Of a stretch of 64,000 nt of DNA, positions 37,021 through 50,929 are shown piece by piece. The stretch is taken from the NCBI RefSeq assembly GCF_006345805.1, contig NC_043000.1:21266001-21330000 (forward strand), given 5' to 3'. A program made the position numbers and the translations under genes. The DNA comes from Octopus sinensis (Eukaryota). The notes below the pieces were generated by a model that was given only the letters and a program-made list of their open reading frames with translations, had not been told where the DNA came from and did not search any database. Numbering within the stretch: position 1 is the stretch's first letter; every line of letters begins with the position of its first letter.

Positions 37021-37181
37021 TACATATCCATGTGTGTGTATTTGCATTTGTCTCCCACCACTTCTTAACTGGGGTTGGTTCGTTTCCATCCCTGTAAGTT
37101 GGCGGTACAGCAGAGAGAGAAAGTACCAAGTTTTTAAAAAAACGATACTGGGGTTGACTTTTTTAATTAAAAATCCTTTAA

Positions 37182-37396
37182 CCCTTTCGTTACCAACCCG
37201 GCTGAATCTGGCTCTGTAGTACAAAAGTCTTGTTTTCATAAGTTCTGAATTAAAATCTTCCACCAAACCTTAATCCCAATTTATATTCCCAACACTAGCT
37301 TAATGATAACGAAGTTATTTTACTAAGTTCTTTGTTATATTTAAAATAATTGAAAGGAACACAGAACATCTCAAAATAAATACAGTAACAAAAGGG
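37182..37396. mobile_element. piggyBac-like MITE inside a SINE B tail
   Basis: TTAA|ccctttcgttac...gtaacaaaaggg|TTAA. Confidence 0.85.
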
Positions 37397-37589
37397 TTAA
37401 GGTGGTGCCCCAGTATGACCACAGCCCAATGACTGAAACAAGTCAAAGATAAATACACATACACATGTACGTCCACGGTCAAGACAAATGCATACTTTCT
37501 GCACATCTTATGCTTACTTCAACCACACACGCACAAATACTACATTCTCCCTCCCCACCTCACACACACACAGACACACACACACACAC

Positions 37590-37700
37590 GCATGAAATAT
37601 TCCCCCTCACACAAACCTATAAACAATACCTTCACTAACATGTCAACCAGCTAACACGTCAACCAGTTTCCTTTTAGGAGAAACATAACAAAAGCAACAT

Positions 37701-37771
<71 letters not shown>

Positions 37772-37889
37772 CACGCATGAAATATTCCCCCTCACACAAA
37801 CCTATAAACAATACCTTCACTAACATGTCAACCAGCTAACACCTCAACCAGTTTCCTTTTAGGAGAAACATAACAAAAGCAACATAAAA

Positions 37890-37946
<57 letters not shown>

Positions 37947-38058
37947 TGAAATATTCCCCCTCACACAAACCTATAAACAATACCTTCACTAACATGTCAA
38001 CCAGCTAACACGTCAACCAGTTTCCTTTTAGGAGAAACATAACAAAAGCAACATAAAA

Positions 38059-38105
<47 letters not shown>

Positions 38106-38363
38106 AAATATTCCCCCTCACACAAACCTATAAACAATACCTTCACTAACATGTCAACCAGCTAACATGTCAACCAGTTTCCTTTTAGGAGAAACATAAC
38201 AAAAGCAACATAAAACCACACACACACACCACACACACCACACACACACACACACGCATGAAATATTCCCCCTCACACAACCTATAACAATACCTTCACT
38301 AACATGTCAACCAGCTAACACATCAACCAGTTTCCTTTTAGGAGAACATAACAAAAGCAACAT

Positions 38364-38431
<68 letters not shown>

Positions 38432-38543
38432 TGAAATATTCCCCCTCACACAAACCTATAAACAATACCTTCACTAACATGTCAACCAGCTAACACGTCA
38501 ACCAGTTTCCTTTTAGGAGAAACATAACAAAAGCAACATAAAA

Positions 38544-38590
<47 letters not shown>

Positions 38591-38690
38591 TGAAATATTC
38601 CCCCTCACACAAACCTATAAACAATACCTTCACTAACATGTCAACCAGCTAACACCTCAACCAGTTTCCTGTAACAAAAGCAACATAAAA

Positions 38691-38727
<37 letters not shown>

Positions 38728-38915
38728 TCCCACTGCACCCCTCAGTCCTCCCCCATCCCCCGACACACACTGAAACAGACTCACACATCCTCTTTGCATT
38801 CGTCTTACACACACACACACACACACATGACCGTGCTACTATGTGCAAATCAAAAACCTAAATGAAATTGACTGGAAAAAAATTCATGCTCTGTACACAA
38901 TATACACACACACAC
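37590..38915 (+). repeat. (CA)n-separated modular repeat A x7-B-C
   Basis: Seven ~115-bp A units (gcatgaaatattccccctcac...gcaacataaaac) at ~37590, 37775, 37944, 38102, 38256, 38429 and 38588, separated by variable (CA)n. Confidence 0.95.
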
Positions 38916-38919
38916 ACTT

Positions 38920-40086
38920 CCAATCTTTACTCTATTACTTGTTTCAGTCATTTGACTGTGGCCATGCTGGAGCACCGCCTTTAGACTAGCAAATCGACCC
39001 CAGGACTTATTCTTTGCAAGCCTAGTACTTATTCTAGTGGTCTCTTTTGCCAAACTGCTAAGTTACGGAGACGTAAACACACCAGCATCAGTTGTCAAGC
39101 AATGTTGGGGGGACAAACATATACACATTCACATACATATATACGACGGGCTTTGGTCGGCCCGAATCTATAGTAGAAGACACTTGCCCAAGGTGTCATG
39201 TAGTGGGACTGAACCCGGAACCATGAGGTTGGTAAGCAAGCATAAGTACCACACAGCCACTCCTTTTGACCCAACAATACATTAGAATCCTTTCTACTAT
39301 AGGCACACGGTCTGAAATTTGGGGGATGGGGAGGATAGTTGATTACATCGACCCCAGTGTGTAACTGGCACTTATTTTATCGACCATGAAAGGATGACAG
39401 GCAAAACCGACCTCGGCGGAATTTGAACTCAGAATGTAACAGCAGACGAAGCACTGTTAAGCATTTTTGCATGATGTGCTAACAATTCTTATTTCTTTAT
39501 TGCCCACAAGGGGCTAAACATAGAGGGGACAAAGGACAAAGGGATTAAGTCAATTACATCGACCCCAGTGCATAACTGGTACTTAATTTATCGACCCCGA
39601 AAGGATGAAAGGCAAAGTCGACCTCGGCAGAATTTGAACTCAAAACGTAACAGCAGACAAAATACTGCTAAGCATTTCACTCGGCATGCTGACAATTCTG
39701 CCAGCTTGCCACAGTCGACCCAACAATACATTAACCTACTCACAAGCACGTATGTTAAGAAGTACACACATATATATACATGCAAAACTACTTCTACACA
39801 TATACATCTCTAACTGCACAGTACATGCATTTCTAAGGAATATACATACACACACACACACACATACTATCAAGTCCTTTCCTCCAATCACAAACATTTG
39901 TCTCTTATTTTTCTTGTTTCAGTCATTAGACTGTGGCCATGCTGGGGCACTGCCTTGAAGAATTTTTAGTCGAATGAATCAAACCCCAGTACTTCTTTTT
40001 TAAGCCCAGTATGTATTCTATTGGTCTCTTTTGCTGAACCGCCAAGTTATGGGGATGTAAACAAACCAACACAGGTTCTTAAGCAG

Positions 40087-40128
<42 letters not shown>

Positions 40129-40686
40129 GTATATATATATATATATACACATATATAGGACGGGCTTCTTTCAGTTTCCATCTACCAAATCCACTCACAT
40201 GGCTTTGGTCGTCCCGAGGCTATAGTAGAAGACACTTGCCCAAGGTGCCACGCAGTGGGACAAACACACACACATATCATATATACGTCACTAAAGCGAT
40301 TGAGGGCATTATTCAGTACCTGTATCGCTAGAAATAAGAGTCAAAACAACACATAGCCACAATAACACACCTTCTTATTTACTGACAGGGGAAGCGAGCT
40401 CCCTAAGCGTAGCTTAGTACTTTTGCCTTTCGGTCGAAAAATTGCTAACAATCCACCCTTGTTATTTACATTCTTTTCTCCTTTTATTCTTTTACTGGTT
40501 TCTCATTTGATTGCGGCCATGCAGGAGCACTGCCTTTTAGGTGAGCAAACCGCCCCCCAGGACTTATTCTTTGTAAGCCTAGTACTTATTCTATCAGTAT
40601 GTTTTGCTGAACTGCTAAGTTACAGGGACATAAACACACCAGCATCGGTTGTCAAGCGATGGTGGGGGAACAAACACAGACACACA

Positions 40687-40726
<40 letters not shown>

Positions 40727-41100
40727 TACACAATGGGCTTCTTTCAGTTTCCATCTACCAAATACACTCACATGGCTTTGGTTGGCCCGAGGCTATAGTA
40801 GAAGACACTTGCCCAAGGTGCCACACAGTGGGACTGAACCCGGAACCATGTAGTTGGTAAGCAAGCTAATTACCAAACAGCCACTCCTGTGCTTATAATA
40901 CATACATATATATATATATATATATATGCACACACACACACACACACAACAGGCTTGTTTCAGTTTACATCAACCAAATCCACTCACAAGCTTTGGTTGG
41001 CCCAAGGCTATAGTAAAAGACATTTGCCTAAGGTACTACACAATGGGACTGAACTCGGAACCATATGGCTGCAAAGCAAACTTCTTACCACACAGCCACT
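38920..41100 (-). mobile_element. Cluster of minus-strand SINEs (B: ~38920-39262, 39895-40260, 40478-40890, 40945-41100; A: ~39290-39712)
   Basis: Repeated family A and B consensus blocks. Confidence 0.85.
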
Positions 41101-41432
41101 CACACACACACACACATCAAGAAGCAAGCACTCACACAGAGGCACTTACATGGACATAGTAATACATGTAAATACATACACCCGGAATTATCAGAACAAT
41201 AAATACATCCATCCACAGCAACATATACTTCACTGCCAACTCCACGACTCCTTTGCTTTTTGCATTGTAGTTCCAGGTGAAAAATGCTACTTGCTTTGGA
41301 ATTTGTTCACTAAACACCAAACTGCTTAATGACACAAATATATACCCATACCTTGTACAATTAAAGCACATATATCCGCAAATACACACACACACACACA
41401 CAATCTGGCAGACACCGCTACTTCTACAAATA

Positions 41433-41902
41433 CCATAAATCCTCGAGTACAATCCGCATTTTTTTCCCCAAAATTTAAAGGTCAAAATCCCTAGTGCATA
41501 CTATATATGAGGTTGAAAATGAAAATTATTTTCTAAGCAATTTCCGAGTCTCTATTTGCTGTCCGGAAATGTTTATTCACACACATTTTGTGATGTCAGG
41601 TGCGAAAATACCTTAAATCATCCATAACTTGCAGTAAGCAACATTTATTAAACATTATTACTGTTATTTCTTTATTTTCTGCAAACAAAATGCACAAAAA
41701 AGCTACACGTTTGCATTATGTTATATATACAATAATAATAAAGGACGTTACCATATACATTTTTACAAACCAAGGATGTTATATAGACCTCCCTGACTCA
41801 AGTTAGAGAAGGGGTACGTATTATATACAAGGTTTAGGTTTTTCAGAGGTATAGCCCCCTGCGTATTATACTCAAGGGCAGACTATACTCGAGGATTTAC
41901 GG
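41433..41902. mobile_element. pogo/Tigger-like MITE
   Basis: TA|cc(a/g)taaatcctcgagta TIRs|TA. Confidence 0.8.
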
Positions 41903-42542
41903 TATCTTTAAATGGTCCTCAACATAGTGGAACCATTTGTGTCACAGTGTGTGTGTTGTGTCAGTGTAAATACCAAACATGTACACAAGAACATACCGTA
42001 TACCTATTACTGCTTCTAGTAATGCAGATCAAATCAGTCTACCCTGACCTATTGGAACAGGAAGAGTTCTGCCATCAGGTTGACCGAAAACAAATCTTTT
42101 TTAATACATTGTATATAAAAGTGCATACTTCAAAGCCATGTTTTGACTGTAATTGTAAAAATCAGTTTAATCTTTTATTTCCTCTTAAATAGAGAAATAT
42201 AAACTAGAGAAATCAAGAAGAAAATGTTGTCATTTTCACAACAGAAATTTCTTACATACAGAACTGTATTTTATATACTAAGCTCATAAGTACTGTGAAA
42301 AGCACTGCTGCTGGTCCCCTATAAAAGTAAAAGGCACTGATGATGGTACCATGTAAAAAGCACCAGTACACTCTGCAAAGTGGTTGGCATTAAGGATATC
42401 CAGCAGTAGAAATCAAGCCAAAACAGACAATAGAACCCAGAGCAGCTTCTGGCCTTGCCAGCTCCTGTCAAGCACTCCAACCCATGCCAGCTGAGAAAGC
42501 GGACGTTAAATGATGATGAAGTTTTATTACTGTGCGACCAAA

Positions 42543-42931
42543 TCTCTATCTCTCTCTATATAAACGGCAGTTTGTCTGTGCGTGTTTCTGTGTGTCTGTT
42601 TGCTTGTACCCTCACCCTGACCACGGCTTTCAACCGATTCTGATGAAACTTGACACACACATAGCCCAATGTCATAATTCAAAACTAACGCAGCGAAAAT
42701 TTTGAAAAGTTCACCCAGTTCTGAAAAATATCGCTAAATTCGACATGGGGTCGAGAATCAGAAACACAAACCACAAACTGTCTAGGGGACGCAACTCCAC
42801 CTTTTTTAACTCTCAAAAAAATTTACCCTCATTTTTTTCCATTTTTTTGCTATTTTTTGGCTATAACTCTCTACAAATGCTTTATAGTTATTTCCCTTAC
42901 AAACCTGAGCAACGCCGGGCGATACTGCTAG
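42543..42931 (+). mobile_element. Non-autonomous Helitron
   Basis: A|TC 5' end; 3' hairpin ctgagcaacgccggg followed by CTAG|T. Confidence 0.85.
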
Positions 42932-43319
42932 TATATATATAAAGCTGAAGTTGTCTGTGTATGGCAGGATTGGCAGCGTTCAACTAACACTATCTCCTCC
43001 AAGACCCTGTGGCGCAAGTTGACCAAAATTGAGAGAATGATAGAAGAAGGCTTGCTCTTCCTTCTGTAGAAGAATAAATTCAAATCGGACCATGGTAACA
43101 GCAAAAATTATTTACATCAAAAAGGTGCTTTTTTTCTATGAAAATCCCTATTTTTTACGATTTTTTGACTGCTGTGTCGCCACCTTTCGGTGTATTTCAA
43201 CCAGAAAAATGTTCACTTAGAGAGAATAACAAGCTACATAATGCAAAATTTTTACTTTTCAAAAATTCCAATTCTAAAGGGTCGAAACAAACCCGAGCAA
43301 TGCCGGGCGATACTGCTAG
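42932..43319 (+). mobile_element. Second non-autonomous Helitron, directly abutting
   Basis: Different body, same 3' end cccgagcaatgccgggcgatactgCTAG|T. Confidence 0.8.
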
Positions 43320-44224
43320 TTAACTGATAAACGTACATATCTATTCAAGGGAAATAACTCGAGGCTTCTTTAACGTTTACAATTACAAAGCAAGATAATT
43401 TCTGAATGTCAACATGGATTCAAATTTTTACACTCGTGAAACTTTACTTATACAATAGCAAAAAAATATTAACTAAACGTTTCCTTTCATTTTACAGAAT
43501 TTTATTTCCCCTTGAACAATACATAAGACATCTTCATGATTTTACACCCACTTTTCTAAAGCTTACATGAATTTTGGCTGATGTGGACCATTGTCATCTT
43601 CATCATCTGATCCTTCTTGGGACCAGTATCAACCCCTTCTTCCCATGACTTTCCTCACTCTTTATCTTCTGCAGGTTCCTTCCACTTAGACCCCCCTCGA
43701 CTCTTCTTTACTCACATGCTATTCTCCAGACATTCACATGTCCAGGACAGTTCAATCTTTCTTCATACAGTACTACATCTGATTTCTCTTATACTCCATT
43801 TTACTCAGTTTAATTATGTTCTACCATTGTCATTACATTAACATCACACAGCTTGTAGAGCATTTTTTCCTTCATAATTTTCAAGCCTTCACACATCTAC
43901 CTTCAGTGTTTGTGTTTCCCTACTGTACACCACAAAACATCTTACACAAAGATACAATCTGCCTTTCACTAGCAGAGAATCTCCTTATCTTAGAAGTAAT
44001 AGTCTCCCTGCATTTTGTCCACTCCTAGTTACCCTGTTGTAACTCTCTATTTATTTACTCTTTCTTTTCCTCATACACTTATTTGTATCTACATCCAATC
44101 AAGGGAATCTCAGCTTCCATGCCTTCCTCCTTCAGATTATCTTGCATCCCTAAATTCATCTTGCTCCAATAAGTTAATTGATCCCCAGTCTGTGTTGAGT
44201 GATATGTTTGTTCTTCATTGGGAA

Positions 44225-44816
44225 AATATCCTATTTCTTTACTACCCACAAGGGGCTAAACACAGAGAGGACAAACAAGGACAGACAAACGGATTAAGTC
44301 GATTATATCGACCCCAGTGCGTAACTGGTACTTATTTAATCGACCCCCGAAAGAATGAAAGGCGAAGTCGACCTCGGCAGAATTTAAACTCAGAATGTAG
44401 CGGCAGACGAAATACCTATTTTTTTACTACCCACAAGGGGCTAAACACAGAGGGGACAAACAAGGACAGACAAATGGATTAAGTCAATTACATCGACCCC
44501 AGTGCATAACTGGTACTTATTTAATCGACCCTGAAAGAATGAAAGGCAAAGTCGACCTCGGCAGATTTGAACTCAGAATGTAGCGGCAGATGAAATATCT
44601 ACTTCCTTACTACCCACAAGGGACTAAACACAAAGGGGACAAACAAGGACAGACAAATGGATTAAGTTGATTATATCGACCCAAGTGCATAACTGGTACT
44701 TATTTAATCGACCCCGAAAGGATGAAAAGCAAAGTCGACCTCGGCAGAATTTGAACTCAGAACGTAGTGGCAGACGAAATACCACTAAGCATTTCACTCG
44801 GTGCGTTAACGTTTCT
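44225..44816 (-). mobile_element. SINE family A trimer
   Basis: Three bodies joined tail-to-internal-g(g/a)tattt site at ~44415 and ~44597, with a single head. Confidence 0.88.
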
Positions 44817-44964
44817 ATCCAATATTTGCAACTAGTAACATATTCTCTTTCCCAAGTAGTATGAAGTCTATTTGGCTTTCGTGTCTGCCTGGAATAGCCA
44901 TCATGGTGTTGCCCATCATGTCCATCAAAGTCATCAGCAGTGATAACAAGGTCACTGTAATTTA

Positions 44965-45131
44965 TAAGGTACACTCTCAGAGTGGTTGGTGTTAGGAAGG
45001 GCATCCAACTGTAGAAACTCTGCCAAATCAAGATTGGAGCCTGGTACAACCATCTGGTTCGCCAGCCCTCAGTCAAAATCGTCCAACCCATGCTGGCATG
45101 GAAAGCGGACATTAAACGATGATGATGATGT
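44965..45131 (+). mobile_element. Family D retroposon tail ending in (GAT)n
   Basis: gagtggttggtgttaggaagggcatcc...catggaaagcggacattaaacgatgatgatg. Similar copies at ~35775-36030, 42340-42520, 50170-50330, 50605-50745, 53050-53200, 55360-55630, 55745-56010 and 56560-56712. Confidence 0.8.
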
Positions 45132-45684
45132 AGTCTACAAGAGGGACACACACAAACATGGTCCTTTTGCTTGCCTGTCAGTCCTGATCATCATAAAATG
45201 TAGAGAGATAAAAAAAAGATGCTTTTATGTTGTCCATTATTTGCCAACAATTAATCACATACTTTCACTATCTCAATTACTTTGTCCAATTTTCTCTACA
45301 TAAAAAAAAAAAAAAGTTTACTCCACTCACTTCAGCACTGATACCATCTGGAAGAATTTGTGTATGCATTGCTTTCTGAAGAGGCTAGCTGAGGCTCCAT
45401 TCCATCTTACCTCTTATACTCAGTATCTCTACAATCTCTCAAGGCCTATCTTTCCCCATGTCAGATTTTACCTCATCATTTGAGAAGATTATCATCATTT
45501 CTTTTTGTCCTCTTTTCAATCCTAATTTTGACTGATCATCACAGTCTGAGTTGGTTCTTATTCAGAGTTACTCTCCTCCTCAACAAGTTGCAGACCACAG
45601 CTTATTCAATAATTTTTTTTAATCTTCCATCAACGAGACACATATAAAACTGTATATGAATATTTGTATGTTTTATATGTAATA

Positions 45685-45849
45685 GGCGCAGGAGTGGCTG
45701 TATGGTAAGTAGCTTGCTTACGAACCACATGGTTCCAGGTTCAGTTCCACTGCATGACACCTTGGGCAAGTGTCTTCTACTATAGCTTCGGGCCGACCAA
45801 AGCTTTGTGAGTGGATTTGGTAGACGAAAACTAAAAGAAGCCTGTCGTG

Positions 45850-45927
<78 letters not shown>

Positions 45928-46128
45928 TGTGTCTGTTTTGTCCCCCATCCAACATTACTTAACAACCATTGCTGGTGTGTTTACGTCCCCATAACTTAGC
46001 TGTTCAGCAAAAGAGACCGATAGTATAAGTACTAGGCTTACAAAGAATATGTCCTGGAGTGGGTTTGCTCAACTAAAGGCGCTGCTCCAGCATGGCCACA
46101 GTCAAATGACTGAAACAAGTAAAAGAGT
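45685..46128 (+). mobile_element. SINE family B, full length
   Basis: Head, (TA)(TG)n middle and tail gactgaaacaagtaaaagagta; ends ~16 bp from the SSR4 exon 5 donor. Confidence 0.92.
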
Positions 46129-46144
46129 ATTAAATTATACTTAC

Positions 46145-46210
46145 GCGATGGTCAATATCAATGGTGAAGATTGGTTTAATACTCTCAATGTCCTCATTAT
46201 TTCTCTGAGC
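46145..46210 (-). CDS. SSR4: TRAP-delta exon 5 ([22 protein letters not shown])
   Basis: 66 nt, cag| and |gtaagt; matches human [22 protein letters not shown]. Confidence 0.97.
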
Positions 46211-46639
46211 CTGAATAATACCAAATAAAAGAAATCACGGGCATGGTTTACTTAAAATATATTTTGGTTCAAATATCAAATAATAGACATTTCCTTTTAC
46301 TCTGTCATTTTTCCAAAGATTTTCCATGATTTTCATAAATTTCTGGTAATTTACAACACTTTCTCAGATACATCTTTCAATAAGTTCTAAAACTCCCCAC
46401 ACCATTCACTTGCTCATAACCAAGAGCTGCTTACTTATTCAGAATTTATATCAATTCACTTATTGCTAGAGTGCGTATTTCTAGCATCAATACAGATGAG
46501 TTTTAATTTTCAAAATTCATAAATCAGTTGTTCTCTTTGTTTCCATTTATGAATTCTCTTCACCCTTTTAGTAAAGCAAACTTATTTTGTAATTCCATAA
46601 TTTCTACGATTTTCTAAAAATTGTTAGGCCTTTCATTAT

Positions 46640-47030
46640 CATCATCATTTAACGTCCATTTTTCATGCTGGCAGCCCACGCTAGCATGGGTTGGATGGTT
46701 TGACTGAGGACTGGCAAGCCAGCAGGCTGCACCAGGCTCCAATATGATCTGGCAAGGTTTCTACAGCTGGATGCCCTTTCTAACACCAAGCACTCCGTGA
46801 GTGTAGAGGGTGCATTTTACGTGCTACTGGCACAGGTTCCAGGGGAGGCTGGCAACGGCCATGATTGGTTGGTGCTTTTTACGTGCCACCAGCACGAAAG
46901 CCAGTCAAGGCGGCGCTGGCATTCAGATGGTGCTTTTTACGTGCCAACAGCACGGGTATCACAGCTACAATTTCCATTTGATTTTTATTTTGATGTACTT
47001 GACTCAATAGGTCTCCTCAAGCACAAGTCA
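46640..47030 (-). mobile_element. Family D long copy
   Basis: Close match to 48645-49080. Confidence 0.8.
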
Positions 47031-47199
47031 ATGCATATTATACATAAAATGCTTTTTGCATGATTTTGTGATCCAAAATTAGTGGCGCACATTAAACAAA
47101 ATATATTTCAAAATATATACAGTATTATTTTAGAGGAAGGAAAAACGAGAAACACAATGACAAAGACTAAACTTTTGAATATGAAAATATTTCATTTAC

Positions 47200-47289
47200 C
47201 TTTCTGAGAGCAGAGTAACCTTCTTCATCATAGAATTTAGCCACATATGTACCTGCTGGAAGCTGGCTATGACTGTCACTAAATGTTAC
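47200..47289 (-). CDS. SSR4: TRAP-delta exon 4 (VTFSDSHSQLPAGTYVAKFYDEEGYSALRK)
   Basis: 90 nt, tag| and |gtaaat; matches human AGTYEVRFFDEESYSLLRK. Confidence 0.97.
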
Positions 47290-47379
47290 CTATGAAGAAG
47301 AAAAACAGTAGTAAAAAAAAGACCCAATTGTACCCTGTGTTATCTGAAACTATCTCAATCAGGGTTTTTTGCTCCTTAA

Positions 47380-47599
47380 CTCTTTAGCATTCAGATTACT
47401 TTGTCAAATGTAATGCTTATTTATTCACATATTCTAAAATTCAACATGTATTACTTTGTAACTTTGAGATTTCAAGGATGTGACTGCTTATATTTTGAAT
47501 GACATTACAGGCTAGGTGTGAGAGGCATCATTTGGCCAGTTTGAACATAGACTGTTTGGAATTTTTGGGGTGGATATGGCCAGTTTAAATGCTAAAGAG
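47380..47599. mobile_element. piggyBac-like MITE
   Basis: TTAA|ctctttagcatt...aatgctaaagag|TTAA. Confidence 0.85.
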
Positions 47600-47685
47600 T
47601 TAAAACGCAGCACTCTTCCTAGTCTCTCTCTCTCTCTCTTTTTGTCACTCTCTGTCTTCTAACAAAAACACACATGCATGTACAA

Positions 47686-47722
<37 letters not shown>

Positions 47723-48314
47723 TGGAATCTCAACTCTTGCTCCATGAAAAAAAACCCACCTTTACATCACCTAAATGATAATGTATAATTGATTGGATCT
47801 GCTCTAGATTATTATTGATATTTATTTTCCTACCTGCTCCCAGGAGGAACATGCTAAATAAAAATGAACCATGATAAGGTTTAAAACTAAAGGGAAGAAA
47901 CTAAATGCTACAGAGCATACATTATTTGAGTAGCAATACAGTGTCAGTTATCAATAAACAAGTATAGAGTCTCATTCATATAATATTAGTGTCACAGAAA
48001 TTTGGCCCATGAGGGTCTTTATTTGGTAGCTTGGGATGAGGACCAAAATTAGCTAGTTTTGTTGATGTTTAACAATTCATCAGGATTCACTCAACCTTCA
48101 TCTGTTGAAGATAATAAATAGAAGGTTCCTTATCAAAATGTAAACAGCTCATTTACATAATGGCACAAAGTTAAGAGCTAACAATAATATTTTGATTTCT
48201 ACTTTCCTAAACATAATTAATTGATGCTAATTTCAGTATCACTCAATAAAAAAGTCAAGCATCAAACATGCAATGAGCTAGACATGAATATTTACAAAAA
48301 AATAGATAATTTAC

Positions 48315-48389
48315 CTGATATTGGTTAGCTATAGTGGTTTTCGTAGCAGGAACTGGTTTACCATTAATGTCAGCATACAGATTAATGTT
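48315..48389 (-). CDS. SSR4: TRAP-delta exon 3 (NINLYADINGKPVPATKTTIANQYQ)
   Basis: 75 nt, tag| and |gtaaat; matches human [25 protein letters not shown]. Confidence 0.97.
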
Positions 48390-48644
48390 CTACAATAAAA
48401 TAATATTCATATCTGATCAATGAGTTCCATTTTCACATCGTAATACAAACTTAATCTGAAAAGTTGACAAGAGCCTACAGCCAATTCAAAATATAAAGAA
48501 TGTATGAAGACAGTTATACCAATTGTGGAAAGATCAAGAATTATGAAATAGGAGGATGTGCAACCAATGCACAATGGAGAAGTCTGTATGTGGTTGCTCA
48601 AAAACTAGGAATAGCAACTGAAACTTTGAATTACACTTTACTAC

Positions 48645-49080
48645 ATCATCATCATCGTTCAATGTCCATTTTTCCATGCTAGCATGGGTTGGACAGTTCA
48701 ACCGGGGTCTGGGAAGCCAGCACGCTGCACCAGGCTCCTGTTTGATCTGGCAGTGTTTCTACAGCTGGATGCCCTTCCTAATGCCAACCACTCCGTGAAT
48801 GTAGTGGGTGCTTTTTACGTGCCACCGGCACAGGTGCCAGGGGAGGCTGGCAATGGCCACGATCAGTTGGTGCTTTTTACATGCCACCAGCACAGAAGCC
48901 AGTCAATGCAGCGCTGGCATCGGCCACGTTCGGATGGTGCTTTTTACTTGCCACCAGCATAGGTATCACAACCACAATTTCCATTTGATTTTTATTTTGA
49001 TGTACTTGACTCAATAGGTCTCCTCAAGCACAGCAGGTCGCCCTACGATCCAAGGTTAGCACAGCAGGCCGTCGGGGCAC
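48645..49080 (-). mobile_element. Family D long copy
   Basis: (CAT)n tail at ~48645 and family D consensus. Confidence 0.8.
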
Positions 49081-49254
49081 ATTAAATAATGTCATCCAAG
49101 ATACTTCCAATAAAATGCTGGAAAGCCTTTGTAAATTTGTTCCATCAAAGCTCACTTACTATAGACGTCAACAACAACCATTTCTCATTAAATAACAACA
49201 GCGTATTCAAAGAGGTCATCTCCCTCCTCCTACCATCAACTGCATCATCATTAT

Positions 49255-49472
49255 CCTACTTTTTTACTTGTTTCAGTCATTTGACTGTGGCCATACTGGA
49301 GCATCAACTTTAGTTGAGCAAATCAACGCCAGGACTTATTCTTTGGAAGCCTAGTACTTATTTTATCGGTCTCTTTTGCTGAACCGCTAAGTTACGGGGA
49401 TGTAAACACACCACCACCGGTTGTCAAGCGATGTTGAGGGGGTCAAACAGACACCCAAACATACACACACAC

Positions 49473-49525
<53 letters not shown>

Positions 49526-49690
49526 TATGACAGGCTTCTTTCAGTTTCCGTCTACAAAATCCACTCACAAGGCTTTGGTCGGCCCAATTCTACAGTAGAA
49601 AACACTTGCCCAAGGTGCCACACAGTGGGAATGAACCTGGAACCATGTGGTTGGTAAGTAAGCTACTTACCACACAGCCACTTCTGTGCC
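49255..49690 (-). mobile_element. SINE family B, full length
   Basis: Reverse complement of the 45685-46128 structure. Confidence 0.88.
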
Positions 49691-50929
49691 TACTGCTAAG
49701 ATCCTTCTCCCTTCCCTGACTTGTGCACCAATGGCCATCTCCCACCCTTGTATCCCTCACTCCCTCCATTCGCCCTTCAACCCTATCCAATTTGTATAGA
49801 TGTTGCTCACCTCCCACTATCCCATTTCCCTATCTCTTCCCCCACCATACACTCTTACAAACCCCTACTCACACACACTCCAAGCTTCTCTCTCCCATTC
49901 ATTACTACTCATCCCCATACCCTGAGGTTCCACCTGGACACCCCATCACCACTATGAATCTCATTGGAGATACCACCAATTTATTGTCATTCTCTCTTCT
50001 AAATGCAAGTAGCCATGTAGCTCCCCTACAAGTACCTGCTCTAATTAAACCTTTTCTCAAATACTTTACCCACCCTTCATCTAACATAAAGACACACTCC
50101 CCACTCCTTGGGTTTTGTAGATGTGTGAGCTACAAGGCAACCTCAATAGTGTCAGTGACACACAAAAAAAAAACATTGTAAAGTGGTTGTCATTAGGAAG
50201 GGCGCCAAGTCATAGAAACCTTGTCAAAGTAGATACTGGAGCACTAAGTAGTCCTTGGACCCATTAGATCCTGTCAAATCATCGAACCCATGCCATCACA
50301 GAACATGGACATTGAATGATAATGATGCGACATGATACGCACGTACGCACGCATGTGTGTGTGTGTGTGTATTGTAGATTTAATATTTTAACAAAGATAT
50401 TTTGCCTTTGCTAATTCAATAGCTCATCTGAAGTAATCATTTTGAATCTGTAAACACAACTGAGATATTTCAAAATATTCTCTTGTGGTTCCTCTAATTC
50501 TTTGAAATATTTGACATCATACACTGTGGAGAGATTATTTTGACTTATGAATTAAATTTAATCCAAAGGTTGACATCACAAAGAAATATCTTGAAATAAC
50601 TGTGTTTCATCATCATCATCATCATCATTTAGCGTCCGCTTTCCATGCTAGCATGGGTTGGACGGCTCAACTGGGGTCTGGGAGGCCAGAAGGCTGCACC
50701 AAGCCCAGTCTGATCTGGCAATGCTTCTATGGCTGGATGCCCTTCCAGATTCAAATGCATGTACATATATATGAGTAGAAAGACAGAAAAATAACAACAT
50801 GTATAAAGAACGTATTTACATGAAAATTTGCATGTTGAAAAAATTCCATTTGCTGCACCCAATGTAAAGTATAGACACATAAGAGGTGCAGTGGAGTCAC
50901 AGGTAGATTAACAGATAAAGACGTCTTTG

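Noticed and set aside
37590-38722. CRISPR-like look: constant repeat with variable spacers
   Set aside because: The spacers are only (CA)n, the repeats are ~115 bp, there are no cas genes and the context is eukaryotic.
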